64,000 nucleotides of DNA from positions 64,001-128,000 of IMG/VR virus record IMGVR_UViG_3300040758_000214. One strand, written 5' to 3'. Under the pieces are notes generated by a model, which saw only the letters and a program-made list of their open reading frames with translations, made no database searches and was not told the origin of the DNA. A program made the translations under genes and the position numbers. Each line of letters opens with the position of its first letter. Position 1 is the stretch's first letter. Below are positions 39,899 to 51,329 of the stretch, piece after piece. Source of the stretch: a virus.

Positions 39899-40909
39899 TT
39901 AACATGCATTAATTATATCCATTCCAACTTTTTTATATTTCTCTTGTAATTCTTTAGGTATTTCCTTTATTCCCATGTACTTTTCTAATTTATCACTCAT
40001 AGTCATACTTGAATTGATCCCGCGATTTGTAATATCATGATCAGTCTTGTCAATAATTATAAAATCATTTTCAATATCCTTTGTATCTATATTTTCAGTC
40101 TTTTTAATTTTAATCAAATGTCCTTCTTTTTGTAATTTTCTACATTCTTCTATAACTTCAGTTCGATTAGCATTAGTCATAGAGAATTCAAAATGTTTTG
40201 TATATCCTTCTATTAATTTTGATTTAATCGTATATTTTTCAGTATCCACAATTAAAAATCTTTTTTCTTCTCCACATTCATTCCATGTATCTTGAACAAT
40301 TGAACCGGGAATATAAACCTCAATATCTGGTCGTATTATTTCCTGCGGTAGGTGATAATGGGAAATTATAACTTTCTTATATTTTCCAATTAAGTCAGAT
40401 AGTTTTATATCACTTACAAGACTTATACCACTTGATAAAATTGATTCTGATAAACCGAAGTGAGAAATCAAATAATCAGCAGAATTACTCTTTACTTTTT
40501 CAGCAACCTTAGTTGAATAAGGCATAAATAATACATTTTCAATTTGCAATTGAGAATCAAAGGGAACTCTTATAACATTTTTTTCTGTATCTAAACATCG
40601 TAAAGCAGATACAACATTCTCAGAACTTTTTGAAGAAAGGTCATGGTTTCCATCGATGCATATTATCTGTAAATCAGAGAAGTCTCGAATAAATGATAAT
40701 AAAACATCAAGAGCGATTGAATAGATGATGTTTTTATTATGAAGCACATCACCTGCAATAATAATAATTTTAATTCCATTTTCTCTACAATATATCCCCA
40801 TACTATAAAGGATATTTTTTTTCTGATACAAACGCTCAGGTAAATTTTCAACAATATTATCGTTTAAATTTCCAGTTAAATGAATATCTCCAGTTATTAA
40901 TGCTCGCAT
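39899..40909 (-). CDS. sbcD: SbcD/Mre11 (T4 gp47-like) nuclease
   Basis: GDIH, AGDV, GNHD, SHF, HYH..Q, PGS. Confidence 0.92.
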   Translation of the reverse strand: MRALITGDIHLTGNLNDNIVENLPERLYQKKNILYSMGIYCRENGIKIIIIAGDVLHNKNIIYSIALDVLLSFIRDFSDLQIICIDGNHDLSSKSSENVVSALRCLDTEKNVIRVPFDSQLQIENVLFMPYSTKVAEKVKSNSADYLISHFGLSESILSSGISLVSDIKLSDLIGKYKKVIISHYHLPQEIIRPDIEVYIPGSIVQDTWNECGEEKRFLIVDTEKYTIKSKLIEGYTKHFEFSMTNANRTEVIEECRKLQKEGHLIKIKKTENIDTKDIENDFIIIDKTDHDITNRGINSSMTMSDKLEKYMGIKEIPKELQEKYKKVGMDIINAC

Positions 40910-40912
40910 TGA

Positions 40913-41161
40913 TTATTTCTTTCCTTTCTTTCCATTTCCTTTCTTAGGTTCAACTTCTAATTCTATTAAAAATCCTTTATGAACACATTCCATTTTGATG
41001 TCACTTTTTTCAACTTTACAAATAATTTTATATGTTGAAAAACAACTTCTACAAAATGCCTCCATATATAATATATCATCAACTATAGTAATAGTTTTAG
41101 GACCTGTCATATTAGATTTATTACATTCTGTACATATCCATGTTTTTGGTTGAATGTTCAT
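40913..41161 (-). CDS. Small zinc-ribbon protein
   Basis: CTEC...CRSC. Confidence 0.55.
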   Translation of the reverse strand: MNIQPKTWICTECNKSNMTGPKTITIVDDILYMEAFCRSCFSTYKIICKVEKSDIKMECVHKGFLIELEVEPKKGNGKKGKK

Positions 41162-41172
41162 TTTTATTTTCC

Positions 41173-43243
41173 TTAAAAGTTAATATCTTCATGTTTAGGA
41201 AAATCTCTACTAATTTTGGAATCTTCAATATGAGAATTAAATAAGTTTTTCTGAATCGTTCTTACCATTTCTCCGTACGCGATATTTTTTATGAATACAT
41301 CTTCATCTATACCACAAATATAAAATCCTAAAATTTCACATATTAATACTAATTCTTCTCCATCAAAATAATCAAAAGTATCATTATCTCTAATACACTC
41401 TAAGTCACTTAACAAGTAAGATTTTGCAATATGAATGTCTGTTTCATTTATTTGTAAACATTTATCACAAGTATATCTCTCATTTAAAACTTTTTCATAT
41501 ATTTCATTCCATTTAGATTCAATTTTTTTCGCCATAATTTCACGTGTAATAGTTTTAGGTATAAAAACTATAAATGAGCCACAAGATTTAATATCATTAA
41601 GTGTTAACATTCTTCACCTCGATATGCCATGTTTATAATCATACCATGATATTCACAAAAGTCATAATATACTTTCAATAGAAATCCAATCTCATCTAAA
41701 AAATCCATAGCAATATAATAATTATTACATTGTTCAACTCCATTTGCATCATAAGTATGAATTAAATTACATTGAATGGTTCTAAGAATATTTATTATTT
41801 TATCTTTATTATATATTTCATAATGAGCTGAAACATGTTCAAATATATCCTTAAATTTTTCTACAAAAAGTTCCACATCACAATTTTCAGGTAAATTTAC
41901 TACAGCAATAGACCCCATTTGTCCATTCATACATTTCACCTCTTTAATAAGAATAATGGATCTGCTTTTTCTAATTCAATAAATTGTCTTAATTCTTTTG
42001 TATTTATATTAATTATTTTATCATTCCCTCCAGATCCACATTCAGTACTATTAATAACTAATCCTAAATTTTCAAAAATTTCACGACATACTTCAAAAAG
42101 AATATGATTTTCATAACTATATATTTCATCATTTAGTTCAAATTCCGCAATTATTTTATAAATATCTGGCATATCTTCTTCGTCATAATCATTACTTACT
42201 ATTTCTATAGCTTTATCTACAATATCTTTTTTACTTTCTAAAATCTGCGTAATATTTTGAGGCATGTACACAATAAAACAAGTAGAGGAAGAATTAGTCA
42301 CGAAGCTTCTTCTAACCTTCATAACCTCCTCCATGTTCAAAGTTAATTTTGGTTATACCTTTTAATTTTGCTTCTTGTAATTCTTTAATTAGTTCATCAA
42401 TATCCATAGATATACTTCCACAATGCTCACATGATTCGGGATATCCATCTATAAGAATTTCTTTATTTCCAAGTGATACAATTATAAAACTAGTGCTGGA
42501 AGAATTGGTTACAAAATCTAAACGTCTTTTCATAAAATTATCTCCTTAATTATATTCTATGTCTAAAACTTTAATTTTTGAATTTCCTAACATTTCTCTA
42601 AACTTATTATCATCTTGTTCGCATTCTTCATATAGTAAATAATCAATAGGATCACCATCACTATGAAATGAAATTCTAGAAATAGTATTTCCTTTTTTAA
42701 TTCCATCTAATAATAACTCTTTTGTATTATCTGAAATATCATCAGATTCAACAAAATCTAAAATATCTTCTTCTGTTTTAAATTCGTCTGAAATATGTGT
42801 TGAAAGGTCAACTTCAATCATTAATTTAATTTTTAAGTCATTTTCTTTTCTATATGCAATTATAAAACTGGTACTTGAGCTATTCGTTACAAAACTTTGT
42901 CTTCTTTTCATAATAAATTCCTTCTTTCTAATAATTCTTTTAATAATCCTAATTCTCCATCTGTTATTATAAAAACAGAAATTTCAGGATCTAAAATTTT
43001 ATCATAACATATAGTCAATCCTAACGCTTCAAATATCTCACTTGAAGTTACTCCATTCATTAAATATCTCAATCTAGAAAAATCATTTATCTGAATATCT
43101 TTTAAATCTTCAATTATATTTTCAATTTCATTTTCTAATCCTAATTTTATTAATTCATCTTTTCTAGATTCAACTAATTTTATTATATCTAATCCTTCTG
43201 GTACATAACATATATGACAATGTGATGACATATTATTCCTCAC
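41173..43243 (-). repeat. Cluster of six small genes, three with R-x-x-FVTNSSSTxF N-termini (41936-42340, 42312-42533, 42546-42911) and three apparently degenerate relatives
   Basis: RRSFVTNSSSTCF, RLDFVTNSSSTSF, RQSFVTNSSSTSF; neighbours share SF/SI-V-x-x-P and E.LG pattern. Confidence 0.7.
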
Positions 43244-44720
43244 TTAATAATTTTATAACTTGCTCTTCTTCTAATTCATTTTTATTTCCATTAGAATCTA
43301 CATATAAATATCTTATATTCCAATTTTTTAATTTATAAAATTCTAATCTTTTTAATAATGTCCTACTAATATCTACACAAGAAATATCTACAAGATCCAT
43401 CACAAGTGGTTCTATTTTATCTTTAGAAATGCGCAAAATTCTGCCAGTCATTTGGTCTACATTATTTATCGGACTGCTCATGATCAATAAATTCTTTTCT
43501 GGACAATCAACGCCGTCTCTAAATCGACCAGGTGTAGTAAATATAATTTTTTTGCTAAGAACTTCATTTCCCGCACCAGATATAAATTTAGTTTTATCTT
43601 CAGTATTAGTTTTATTGTATAATTCATCTATTAATTTTATTCGTTCTGCCATAAATATAATATTTCGATCTTCTGATATAAATTTATTTAATAATCCTAT
43701 TGCTATTTTCATAAAAGGTTTTGAATTTTTAATCATATTTAAATAACGTGAGCGTTGAAATTTCCCAGCCCAATAAATATATCGTTTTCTAGATTGTACT
43801 ATTTCATAATCAAAAAGTAAAACTACAACTCTTGCATCCATTGTAGATGATTTACCTTCTGGTATAATAATTGGGCCACAGTGCATTTGCATTATATCGT
43901 TCGTATTTTCATGAAAAGGTGTTGCCGACAACCCATAAACTCTTTTCACAGGTAAATGCAAACTACATTCTGAAAATGTAGGAGCGCCAACTGCAGTATG
44001 TAGTTCATCAACTATAAGTGTATGAATTCTTGCATGATTTAATTCAATTAAAAATTCTTGTCTATTTCTTTTCAATAACGATATAAATGTTTGGTCTGTG
44101 CATAATATAATCTTTTTCTTTAATACTTCTTTAAAATTAGAAGATGTAAGTTTTCCCATGTCATTTATATCTATATTAGTAAAATTCAAAAAGCCTTGTT
44201 TTTTTCCTTCAGTATTTACACCCATCCATTGGTCGATTAATGATGTTCTATGTGTAAGAATTAATGTTTTTTTCTTTAAAGTTGCAATAATATAAATTGA
44301 TAGTATCGTTTTCCCTGACCCTGGCGGGCACTGAATAATTCCCATATCATGACTTAACATATATTCAACAGTATTTCTTTGTAATTCATCACGTAAAATT
44401 ATCGAGTGTTCTATTTCAATATCTTCACCATCATTAATTTTATCTTCAATCTTACATAATAAATAATCATGAATAGGGAAAAATCTCGGAATCTTAAGAA
44501 ATTTTTCCCCTTCAATATAGAATTTATAAACTGTATAAGTTGACGTATTATAATCCTTAAACCTTCTTGTTAATTTCTTTTTAATAAATTGATACCATTT
44601 TTCATTTTTATATTCTGTAGGGATTATTATTCCTGATGTCCGTTTAAAAATCAACATTGCATATATTACTCCTCTTATTTTCATCAAAACATTCTGCCCA
44701 TTCTGGCCTAGGTGAATCAC
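43233..44720 (-). CDS. Superfamily 2 DNA helicase (UvsW/XPB-like); real start likely MLIFKR
   Basis: LRDELQ, CPPGSGKT, VDELH, GLSATP, DGVD, QMTGRILR. Confidence 0.88.
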   Translation of the reverse strand: MIHLGQNGQNVLMKIRGVIYAMLIFKRTSGIIIPTEYKNEKWYQFIKKKLTRRFKDYNTSTYTVYKFYIEGEKFLKIPRFFPIHDYLLCKIEDKINDGEDIEIEHSIILRDELQRNTVEYMLSHDMGIIQCPPGSGKTILSIYIIATLKKKTLILTHRTSLIDQWMGVNTEGKKQGFLNFTNIDINDMGKLTSSNFKEVLKKKIILCTDQTFISLLKRNRQEFLIELNHARIHTLIVDELHTAVGAPTFSECSLHLPVKRVYGLSATPFHENTNDIMQMHCGPIIIPEGKSSTMDARVVVLLFDYEIVQSRKRYIYWAGKFQRSRYLNMIKNSKPFMKIAIGLLNKFISEDRNIIFMAERIKLIDELYNKTNTEDKTKFISGAGNEVLSKKIIFTTPGRFRDGVDCPEKNLLIMSSPINNVDQMTGRILRISKDKIEPLVMDLVDISCVDISRTLLKRLEFYKLKNWNIRYLYVDSNGNKNELEEEQVIKLLSEE

Positions 44721-45311
44721 ATATAATATGAAATACTAATTCATCTGCTAATATACAATGAATACATCTTTGACATGTTTTAAATCTTCCATAATAATAA
44801 ACTTCTATCCATAAATCAGATTCACCATCTTGCTCATATAAGAAAGGATAAGTTTTATTATTTAAATAATCAAATGTTAATTTCATAATTAATCCTCAGT
44901 TCTTGGACTAAAGCATGTAGTCCACTCTGGATTTTTAGAATGACATATTATATGAAAAATTAATTCATCTGCTAATACACAATTAATACATGTTGAACAT
45001 TTTTTAAATCTATAATACCATTGATTGCCTTTCTTAAAATTAAGATCATCATATTCTATAGGCCAATCATCAGGATTATGTAAATAATCAAATGTTAATT
45101 TCATAAGTTAATCCTTTATCTTTTTTTTAAAACAATCATGCCAATCTACATCATCTTTATTGCATATTATATGAAAAATTAATTCATCTGCAAATTCACA
45201 ATAAATACATTTTGAACATGTGTTAAATCTACTATAACATTCATTAACATCCATATTAAATTCGTGTAGATATTTATCAGGAGTAATTAGAAAATCAAAA
45301 GTTATCTTCAT
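44644..45311 (-). repeat. Tandem array of three ~70-aa Cys/His proteins (44644-44886, 44889-45104, 45108-45311)
   Basis: MKLTFD...RF..CxxCxxC..ADELxFHIIC...W..CF. Confidence 0.85.
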
Positions 45312-45314
45312 ATA

Positions 45315-45743
45315 TTATTCCTCTGTATATGTAGCACACGAATCTTCATTTTCCCATATTTTAACTGAAACTAATCTCATATAATTATTATCATGAGATG
45401 GTTTGAATGATAATCTTAAATGCTCATAAATAAATTGTGATAAATATTCTGCAGTAGGATCTTTAATTAATCTAAAACATCTGGATTTATCTAAAACTTC
45501 ACTTGGAATAAATTCATCTTTTTCATTTATTAATAGACTATGATCTAAACTATCCATAATTGCAGAATCAACTATTTTTTTAAGATCACCAAAATCAATC
45601 ACCATATCTTGAGCATTAAGTTTTTCAGATTTTATTTTGATCTTCACGGTTAGGTTGTGGCCGTGGATGAATTGGCATCTTGCTGAATTTTTACTCAGAC
45701 GATGGCCCACTGGAACTCTAAATGTCTTTTCTACATAATACAT
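45315..45743 (-). CDS. queD: 6-carboxytetrahydropterin synthase QueD
   Basis: GHRL....CQFIHGHN, MVIDFGDLK, LDHSLL, PTAE, IWE. Confidence 0.92.
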   Translation of the reverse strand: MYYVEKTFRVPVGHRLSKNSARCQFIHGHNLTVKIKIKSEKLNAQDMVIDFGDLKKIVDSAIMDSLDHSLLINEKDEFIPSEVLDKSRCFRLIKDPTAEYLSQFIYEHLRLSFKPSHDNNYMRLVSVKIWENEDSCATYTEE

Positions 45744-45746
45744 ATT

Positions 45747-46841
45747 TTATCTCCTTTCTTTATAATATCCTGACCTATTTCCATAGATATTCATTTCATT
45801 ACTATAATAAGTTCTTGGATTTTGTCTAAACTCTATTTCAATTCCAATTTTATAACACTCATTTCTTAATAATTCAGTCAATCGTTCAATATTTAATTGA
45901 GTTGCTTTTCTATCAGCACTTTCTAAAAATGGACCAAATGGATCTGGTTTTCCACAAATTTCATTGATCCAATAAATAATTCCATTTCCTTTGCATTTAT
46001 CACAACATTTTAAAAGAGTATAAGTATAATATGGAGATACCCCTTCACCATTACAATCAGGACATTTTATTTTACCTTCTTGATCTATCATACGGATCTT
46101 TCCTTTTAACCGTCATTTCAAATTCTCCTAAATCTATTAATATAGAACTTTCACTTCTTCTATATAAAACAAATGGAGACATATATATTGAATTATAAAA
46201 TAATTCCCTAGCCATTGCATATAATTCTTCTATATTTTTTTGTTTAACTTCTACATCTTTTTTAGATATTCCTCGAATATAATAATCATATTTTGATGCT
46301 ATTGGATTTATACCTATATGCATAGAATCAAATTCTTCTGGATGGTGTTTTTGTTTATTCATCAATTCATCGATCCAATACAATCGTGTGCCTTGACAAC
46401 TCGGGCAAACCCTATGAATTGTATAAAGTGGAGTCATTCCTTCATTATTACAAGTATCACATTTAATTTCGCCATTCTCATTTATTTCAGTCATAATTCT
46501 TCACCTGATCCATAAATCTTAGTTCTTAATTTTCTTTTAATAGTATACTCATATTCTTTACCTATAAAATTAATAGAAGTTGCTCCCCTAAAAATGGACA
46601 TTATATTATCAGATTCAAAAATTCTATTAAAGAAATATTCTAACACATAAGTATTTGAATTTTCAACTAATCTTAATATTTCTGTATTAAATGCATTAGA
46701 AGAATTACCCATTAATTTATCGATCCAAAAAGATCTTCCTGCTCCATGACACTGAGAACATACATGAAATGTGGAAAATTTTTCTAAAACATATCCTTCA
46801 CTTTTACATAAATCACATGATTCTAATCCATCTTCATTCAT
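45747..46841 (-). repeat. Three tandem paralogs with DnaJ-type CxxCxGxG zinc finger (45747-46091, 46072-46494, 46491-46841)
   Basis: CxxC..EG...CxxCxG...[YF]WI[DN][EK] in all three. Confidence 0.75.
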
Positions 46842-46864
46842 AGAGATTCTCCTAAGTAATTAAT

Positions 46865-47428
46865 TTAACCTAATTCTTCATCATTAATTGTCCAAACTCT
46901 ATTTTCTTTAAGTAACATTTCAGGAGATAATAAAGGATCTTTTCCTTCTAATTGTCTTTTCAACAATCTATCATACAAAACAATATAAACTGCAGCTGCT
47001 AAATTTGTACAGTGATAAGTTGGAATTGAAATAAATCTATGACAATATCTTAAATAACTTGTTGAAATTTGTCCATCTTCAGGACCAAAGACATATACTG
47101 CATTATCTGGATGTTTAAATGTAGTTAATGATTCTGAACCAGGAACTAATTCTAATGCTACGGGAACTGAATTTTCAAATTGATCGAAAGGATAATCATA
47201 TTGTATTAATTCAACTTCTGAATATCCTCTCATTCTCTCTTCCCTTGGTAATCTTTGACCTTCATCTAATCTAATTCTGTTCCCAGAATACCAACATTGT
47301 TTAATTCCAAAGCATGATGCGGCTCTCACACAAGCACCCAAGTTTCTATCATACTTTGGATTATTTAATATTATAGCTGGAGTTATTCCGTATTTCTTTC
47401 CATTTTTTCCTAGTAATTTTTTATCCAT
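46865..47428 (-). CDS. trmH: SpoU/TrmH-family SPOUT RNA methyltransferase
   Basis: NPKYDRNLGACVRAA..FG, YVFGPEDG, IPT..CTNLAAA. Confidence 0.85.
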   Translation of the reverse strand: MDKKLLGKNGKKYGITPAIILNNPKYDRNLGACVRAASCFGIKQCWYSGNRIRLDEGQRLPREERMRGYSEVELIQYDYPFDQFENSVPVALELVPGSESLTTFKHPDNAVYVFGPEDGQISTSYLRYCHRFISIPTYHCTNLAAAVYIVLYDRLLKRQLEGKDPLLSPEMLLKENRVWTINDEELG

Positions 47429-47558
47429 TATCGGATCCTTTATTAATTAATTCTTTAATTCTATCTCTGCATAATTTTTTATCTCTTTCATAAACTAGAT
47501 ATTGATACCATTTAATTCTTTTTATTATTTCAAATATTTCTTTATTCATATATTACCT

Positions 47559-48869
47559 CTATACAATATTATGATAAGCACTTAACACAAATTCGTCAAT
47601 ATTTTTTAAATAATCATAGGTTTGATTTAATTTATTATTCAATTCTGTAACATCATCTTTAACAGTAAGTAATTTTCTTATATTATATTTTTGAAATAAT
47701 TCTTTAATTATTTTATCATCAACTTTTAATTCTTCACTTATTTTTTTAGCTATTTCATCAACAGGGGTATCTGTTTTTAAATATATAGATAAAATAGGTT
47801 TTATCTTACTCAATAATATATTTTCATCTATATTCTTTTTATATCTTTCAATCTCTGAATTTAACATTATAATATTAGTGTTTTTATACATATTATAAGT
47901 ATTTAATAACATTTCATCTACGGACATTATATAAGGATTTATCTTATTTTTATCTACTACAATCATTTCAAATGGTACATTTCCAGATAAAACTTTGTCT
48001 AATTTATTTACAAAATTATTGAATATTTCGTCTCTATTTCTTTGTTTAATTACTTCAAATACTATTTCTGTTTTTCCTGCTGCAGATAAATTATTATATC
48101 CAATATCTTGATTATTTAATTCTTTTTCAAATTTAGATAATATGGTTTCAAATCTATTATCAGGAGGCCATGAATTAACAGAAACTTTACACCTAATTTT
48201 ATCAACTTTATATATTCCTTGAACTTTAATAGATGCTTTTCCTGTAGATAATAATGATTCTAATTCTTCATCTGACGCTAAAATTTTACATTCTGAAATT
48301 GGTTTAATTAATGGTTTTTCTTTATTTTTTCCTATTAAGAATAATAATCTTTTATTTAAATCTTCAATTGTATAACATGGGATATATGTTTTATAACCAA
48401 AACCTATTCCTGTTGTATATCTGGTTCCTAATAAACAAAATGGGAACATTGTTGGTAAATAATCAGGTTCTTTATCTAATTCTGATTCATTCCATGGAAC
48501 ATAATCAATCAATTTAAAAGCCATATCTAAAGTTCTTTTGGATAATTTACATTCAGTATATCTCATTGCTGCTGGAGGTTTAGGTTCTATTCCCCAATAT
48601 GTACCCATATTGCCTTGTTTTTCCAAAAATCCCATATGATACATTTGAACTATAGTTCCATATACACTTGAATGAGGATGAAAATTTCCAAGTGTGAAGC
48701 CCTCAACCTTTGCACATTTTACTAAATGATCTTTTGCTATCATATAACAAGATAATAAAACACGGCGTTCAACCGGGCGTAATCCATCATTTGATAATGG
48801 GAATTGTCTAAAATGATTTACATATTGTCCATATTCTGCATAGAATTCTGGTATTAATTTATCCACCAA
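47559..48869 (-). CDS. gyrA: Type IIA topoisomerase A subunit (T4 gp52-like, no C-terminal pinwheel)
   Basis: DGLRPVERRVL, FHPHS, QGN.G, AAMRYTE catalytic Tyr, GIGFG. Confidence 0.9.
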   Translation of the reverse strand: MVDKLIPEFYAEYGQYVNHFRQFPLSNDGLRPVERRVLLSCYMIAKDHLVKCAKVEGFTLGNFHPHSSVYGTIVQMYHMGFLEKQGNMGTYWGIEPKPPAAMRYTECKLSKRTLDMAFKLIDYVPWNESELDKEPDYLPTMFPFCLLGTRYTTGIGFGYKTYIPCYTIEDLNKRLLFLIGKNKEKPLIKPISECKILASDEELESLLSTGKASIKVQGIYKVDKIRCKVSVNSWPPDNRFETILSKFEKELNNQDIGYNNLSAAGKTEIVFEVIKQRNRDEIFNNFVNKLDKVLSGNVPFEMIVVDKNKINPYIMSVDEMLLNTYNMYKNTNIIMLNSEIERYKKNIDENILLSKIKPILSIYLKTDTPVDEIAKKISEELKVDDKIIKELFQKYNIRKLLTVKDDVTELNNKLNQTYDYLKNIDEFVLSAYHNIV

Positions 48870-49256
48870 TTACCTCCTAACTTCATCTATCTTCTTTAAA
48901 TCTAATTCTATATTATAACATCCATCTCCACCCATTTTATCTAATATTATAGTTCCTTCTTCTGGATTTCTAAAATAATCTGTTTTATCTAATAATGGAT
49001 GCCAATCTTTTTCACCAATAATATAACATGGATCTGGCACAACAAGTTTCCCTGACCAAATTATTAGTATTCCTTCGCCACTAACATTTCCATTCCATGT
49101 TTTTCTAATTCTCCATTTACAATTATAAGTTCCATTTTCAACATCTAAGATTGTATGGAGATTTTCATTTCTTCTTTCATATTTATCATAATATTTATCA
49201 TCTGATAATAAAATAGTTCCAGAATCAACTCCAATATCTTTAACTTTTAGTTTCAT
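48870..49256 (-). CDS. Hypothetical protein (DUF4241-like VDSG/GGDG motifs)
   Basis: IGVDSG...DPCY...GGDGCY. Confidence 0.5.
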   Translation of the reverse strand: MKLKVKDIGVDSGTILLSDDKYYDKYERRNENLHTILDVENGTYNCKWRIRKTWNGNVSGEGILIIWSGKLVVPDPCYIIGEKDWHPLLDKTDYFRNPEEGTIILDKMGGDGCYNIELDLKKIDEVRR

Positions 49257-49510
49257 TTTACGTCACCATTCTCCTTCCTTTTTAGGTCCTCATATGGAGC
49301 AAGTATTCTTCTGTAAAATTCCAATTTACAACATTCTAATTCTGTAATTAAAGATGATGAAATTCTATAAGACATACCCAATTTTTTAATTAATCCTACC
49401 AATATTTTATAGATTACATAATTAAGCTCACCTGGCTCATTAATATTTTCAACTAATAAATTTATTTCATTTTCAAACTTTTCTCTAGCTTCTTTCTTAA
49501 TATACGGCAT
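49253..49510 (-). CDS. Conserved phage protein (MPYI...GELNY...YED.K...NGDV)
   Basis: Widespread phage family motif. Confidence 0.7.
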   Translation of the reverse strand: MPYIKKEAREKFENEINLLVENINEPGELNYVIYKILVGLIKKLGMSYRISSSLITELECCKLEFYRRILAPYEDLKRKENGDVK

Positions 49511-49526
49511 ATGGTTCCTTTCAATT

Positions 49527-51326
49527 TTATATTTTCCAAATTCCTTCTAATAACTCCCGTTTATGTTCAGATCCTTTAAACAACTCTAATATTTTTTCAA
49601 GATTAGATGTCCACTTTACTTGTATTAAATTTCTTGTTCCTTCATCTAATGTACATATTTTTAATTGTTCAGGATTGAATTCCCCTAGGCCTTTGTAGCG
49701 ACGAAGAGTTATCCCTTTTTCTTTGGCTTTTAATACATCTTCATCTTTCCATAAAGGTATAAAAGTATCACCTTTATGAATTGCATATAGTGGTGTTTGG
49801 GCCAAATAGAACTTTCCTTCTTTTATTATATCTGGAACTAATGTAGCTAATGTTATAGTCATTAAACAAAATATATGATGACCATCTGCATCTGCATCTG
49901 TAGCACATATAATTTTATCATACTTTAATTTATTAATATCAAAATGTGGTCCTGTTCCTGTCCCTAATGCTTCTATTAATTCCTTAACTTCCTTATGTTC
50001 TAATATTTCTTTTTTATTTATTATTGATGGTATTTTTCCTTTAAGGGGCAATATGGCGTGTATTTTAGGATCTCTACATTCAGAAAAAGATCCTCCTGCT
50101 GAGTCACCTTCAACAATAAATAATTCTCCGTGATTAGATGAACAATCCTCTAATTTAGTAAACTTAATTGAAACTCTTCTTCCATTTAAATTATTATTTG
50201 TTTTCTTATGATTTAATTTTTTTCTATAATCATCAAAGAAATTTAAAATATTCTCTAATTGTTGAGGACTCTTATTAAATACACTTTCTAATTCTTGTTT
50301 TAATTTATTTGATAATGCAATAAAATCATCTTTTCTATTATTTAATTTTCCTTTAGATTGACCAGAGAAATCAGGTTTCATTAACTTTAAACTTAAATAA
50401 CACCTAAGCCCACAAAATACATCGCCTGGTTGGAAGTTTTTATTCAATTTTTTTGCTTTACTAATAAAGAAGTCTCTTAATATATCATTAAATACTAATA
50501 CATGAGATCCTCCTTCATCAACAGGTAAAAGATTCACAGATGATATATATTTAGGAGATACAGATCCATTAAATGAATATGTAAATGTAGAATTAAATTC
50601 TTCTGGACCAATTTTTGAATTTAAATTAAATGTTTGTGATATTTCAGTATCAGTTTCATTTAGACATTGAAATTTAAAAAATTCATCTTTTGATGTTTTA
50701 ATAATTTCTTTATTTCCGTCTACATTTAATACAAATGAACACTTAGGTAATTCTAAAGAAGCAACCAATAATCTTTTTCTTAATCTATCAATGTTTGGTA
50801 TTAAACTTTGAAATATACTCTTAGCCGGCTTGAATTGTATTTTTGTTGAAAATGGGACTTGCACTGTAAAATCGTCTTCAATTTTTTGATGTAATTTTGC
50901 ATTTTTGAATACTAATTTTACATGCTTTTGATCTCGATATATCTCTATTATATAAGTATCACATAATGCATTTACCGCAACAAGTCCTATACCATGGAGG
51001 CCGCATGTAGTTTCATATGCTGTTTTCTTATGTTTAAACTTTCCGCCACTATGCAATTTACTAGAGATGATAAATGGGACATTCCCATCAACAGGAATGC
51101 CCCGTCCATTATCGATCACGGAGTAAATATTTTCTTTCAAATCAATTAAAATAGCAATAACATTGGCATGATTAGAAACTGCTTCATCTAATGAATTATC
51201 TAAAACTTCTTCTATAAGATGTGTGGGAGTTTCAGTCGAATCTATATACATCGACGGGTTTACCCTAATATGCTCAATTTCTTCTATTACATGAATATCC
51301 TTTGATGTATAATTATCATTAGCCAT
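49527..51326 (-). CDS. gyrB: Type IIA topoisomerase B subunit
   Basis: EVLDNSLDE, DNGRGIP, LHSGGKF, GLHGIG, VEGDSAGG, PLKGK, TDADADG, RYKGLGE. Confidence 0.95.
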   Translation of the reverse strand: MANDNYTSKDIHVIEEIEHIRVNPSMYIDSTETPTHLIEEVLDNSLDEAVSNHANVIAILIDLKENIYSVIDNGRGIPVDGNVPFIISSKLHSGGKFKHKKTAYETTCGLHGIGLVAVNALCDTYIIEIYRDQKHVKLVFKNAKLHQKIEDDFTVQVPFSTKIQFKPAKSIFQSLIPNIDRLRKRLLVASLELPKCSFVLNVDGNKEIIKTSKDEFFKFQCLNETDTEISQTFNLNSKIGPEEFNSTFTYSFNGSVSPKYISSVNLLPVDEGGSHVLVFNDILRDFFISKAKKLNKNFQPGDVFCGLRCYLSLKLMKPDFSGQSKGKLNNRKDDFIALSNKLKQELESVFNKSPQQLENILNFFDDYRKKLNHKKTNNNLNGRRVSIKFTKLEDCSSNHGELFIVEGDSAGGSFSECRDPKIHAILPLKGKIPSIINKKEILEHKEVKELIEALGTGTGPHFDINKLKYDKIICATDADADGHHIFCLMTITLATLVPDIIKEGKFYLAQTPLYAIHKGDTFIPLWKDEDVLKAKEKGITLRRYKGLGEFNPEQLKICTLDEGTRNLIQVKWTSNLEKILELFKGSEHKRELLEGIWKI

Positions 51327-51329
51327 TTA

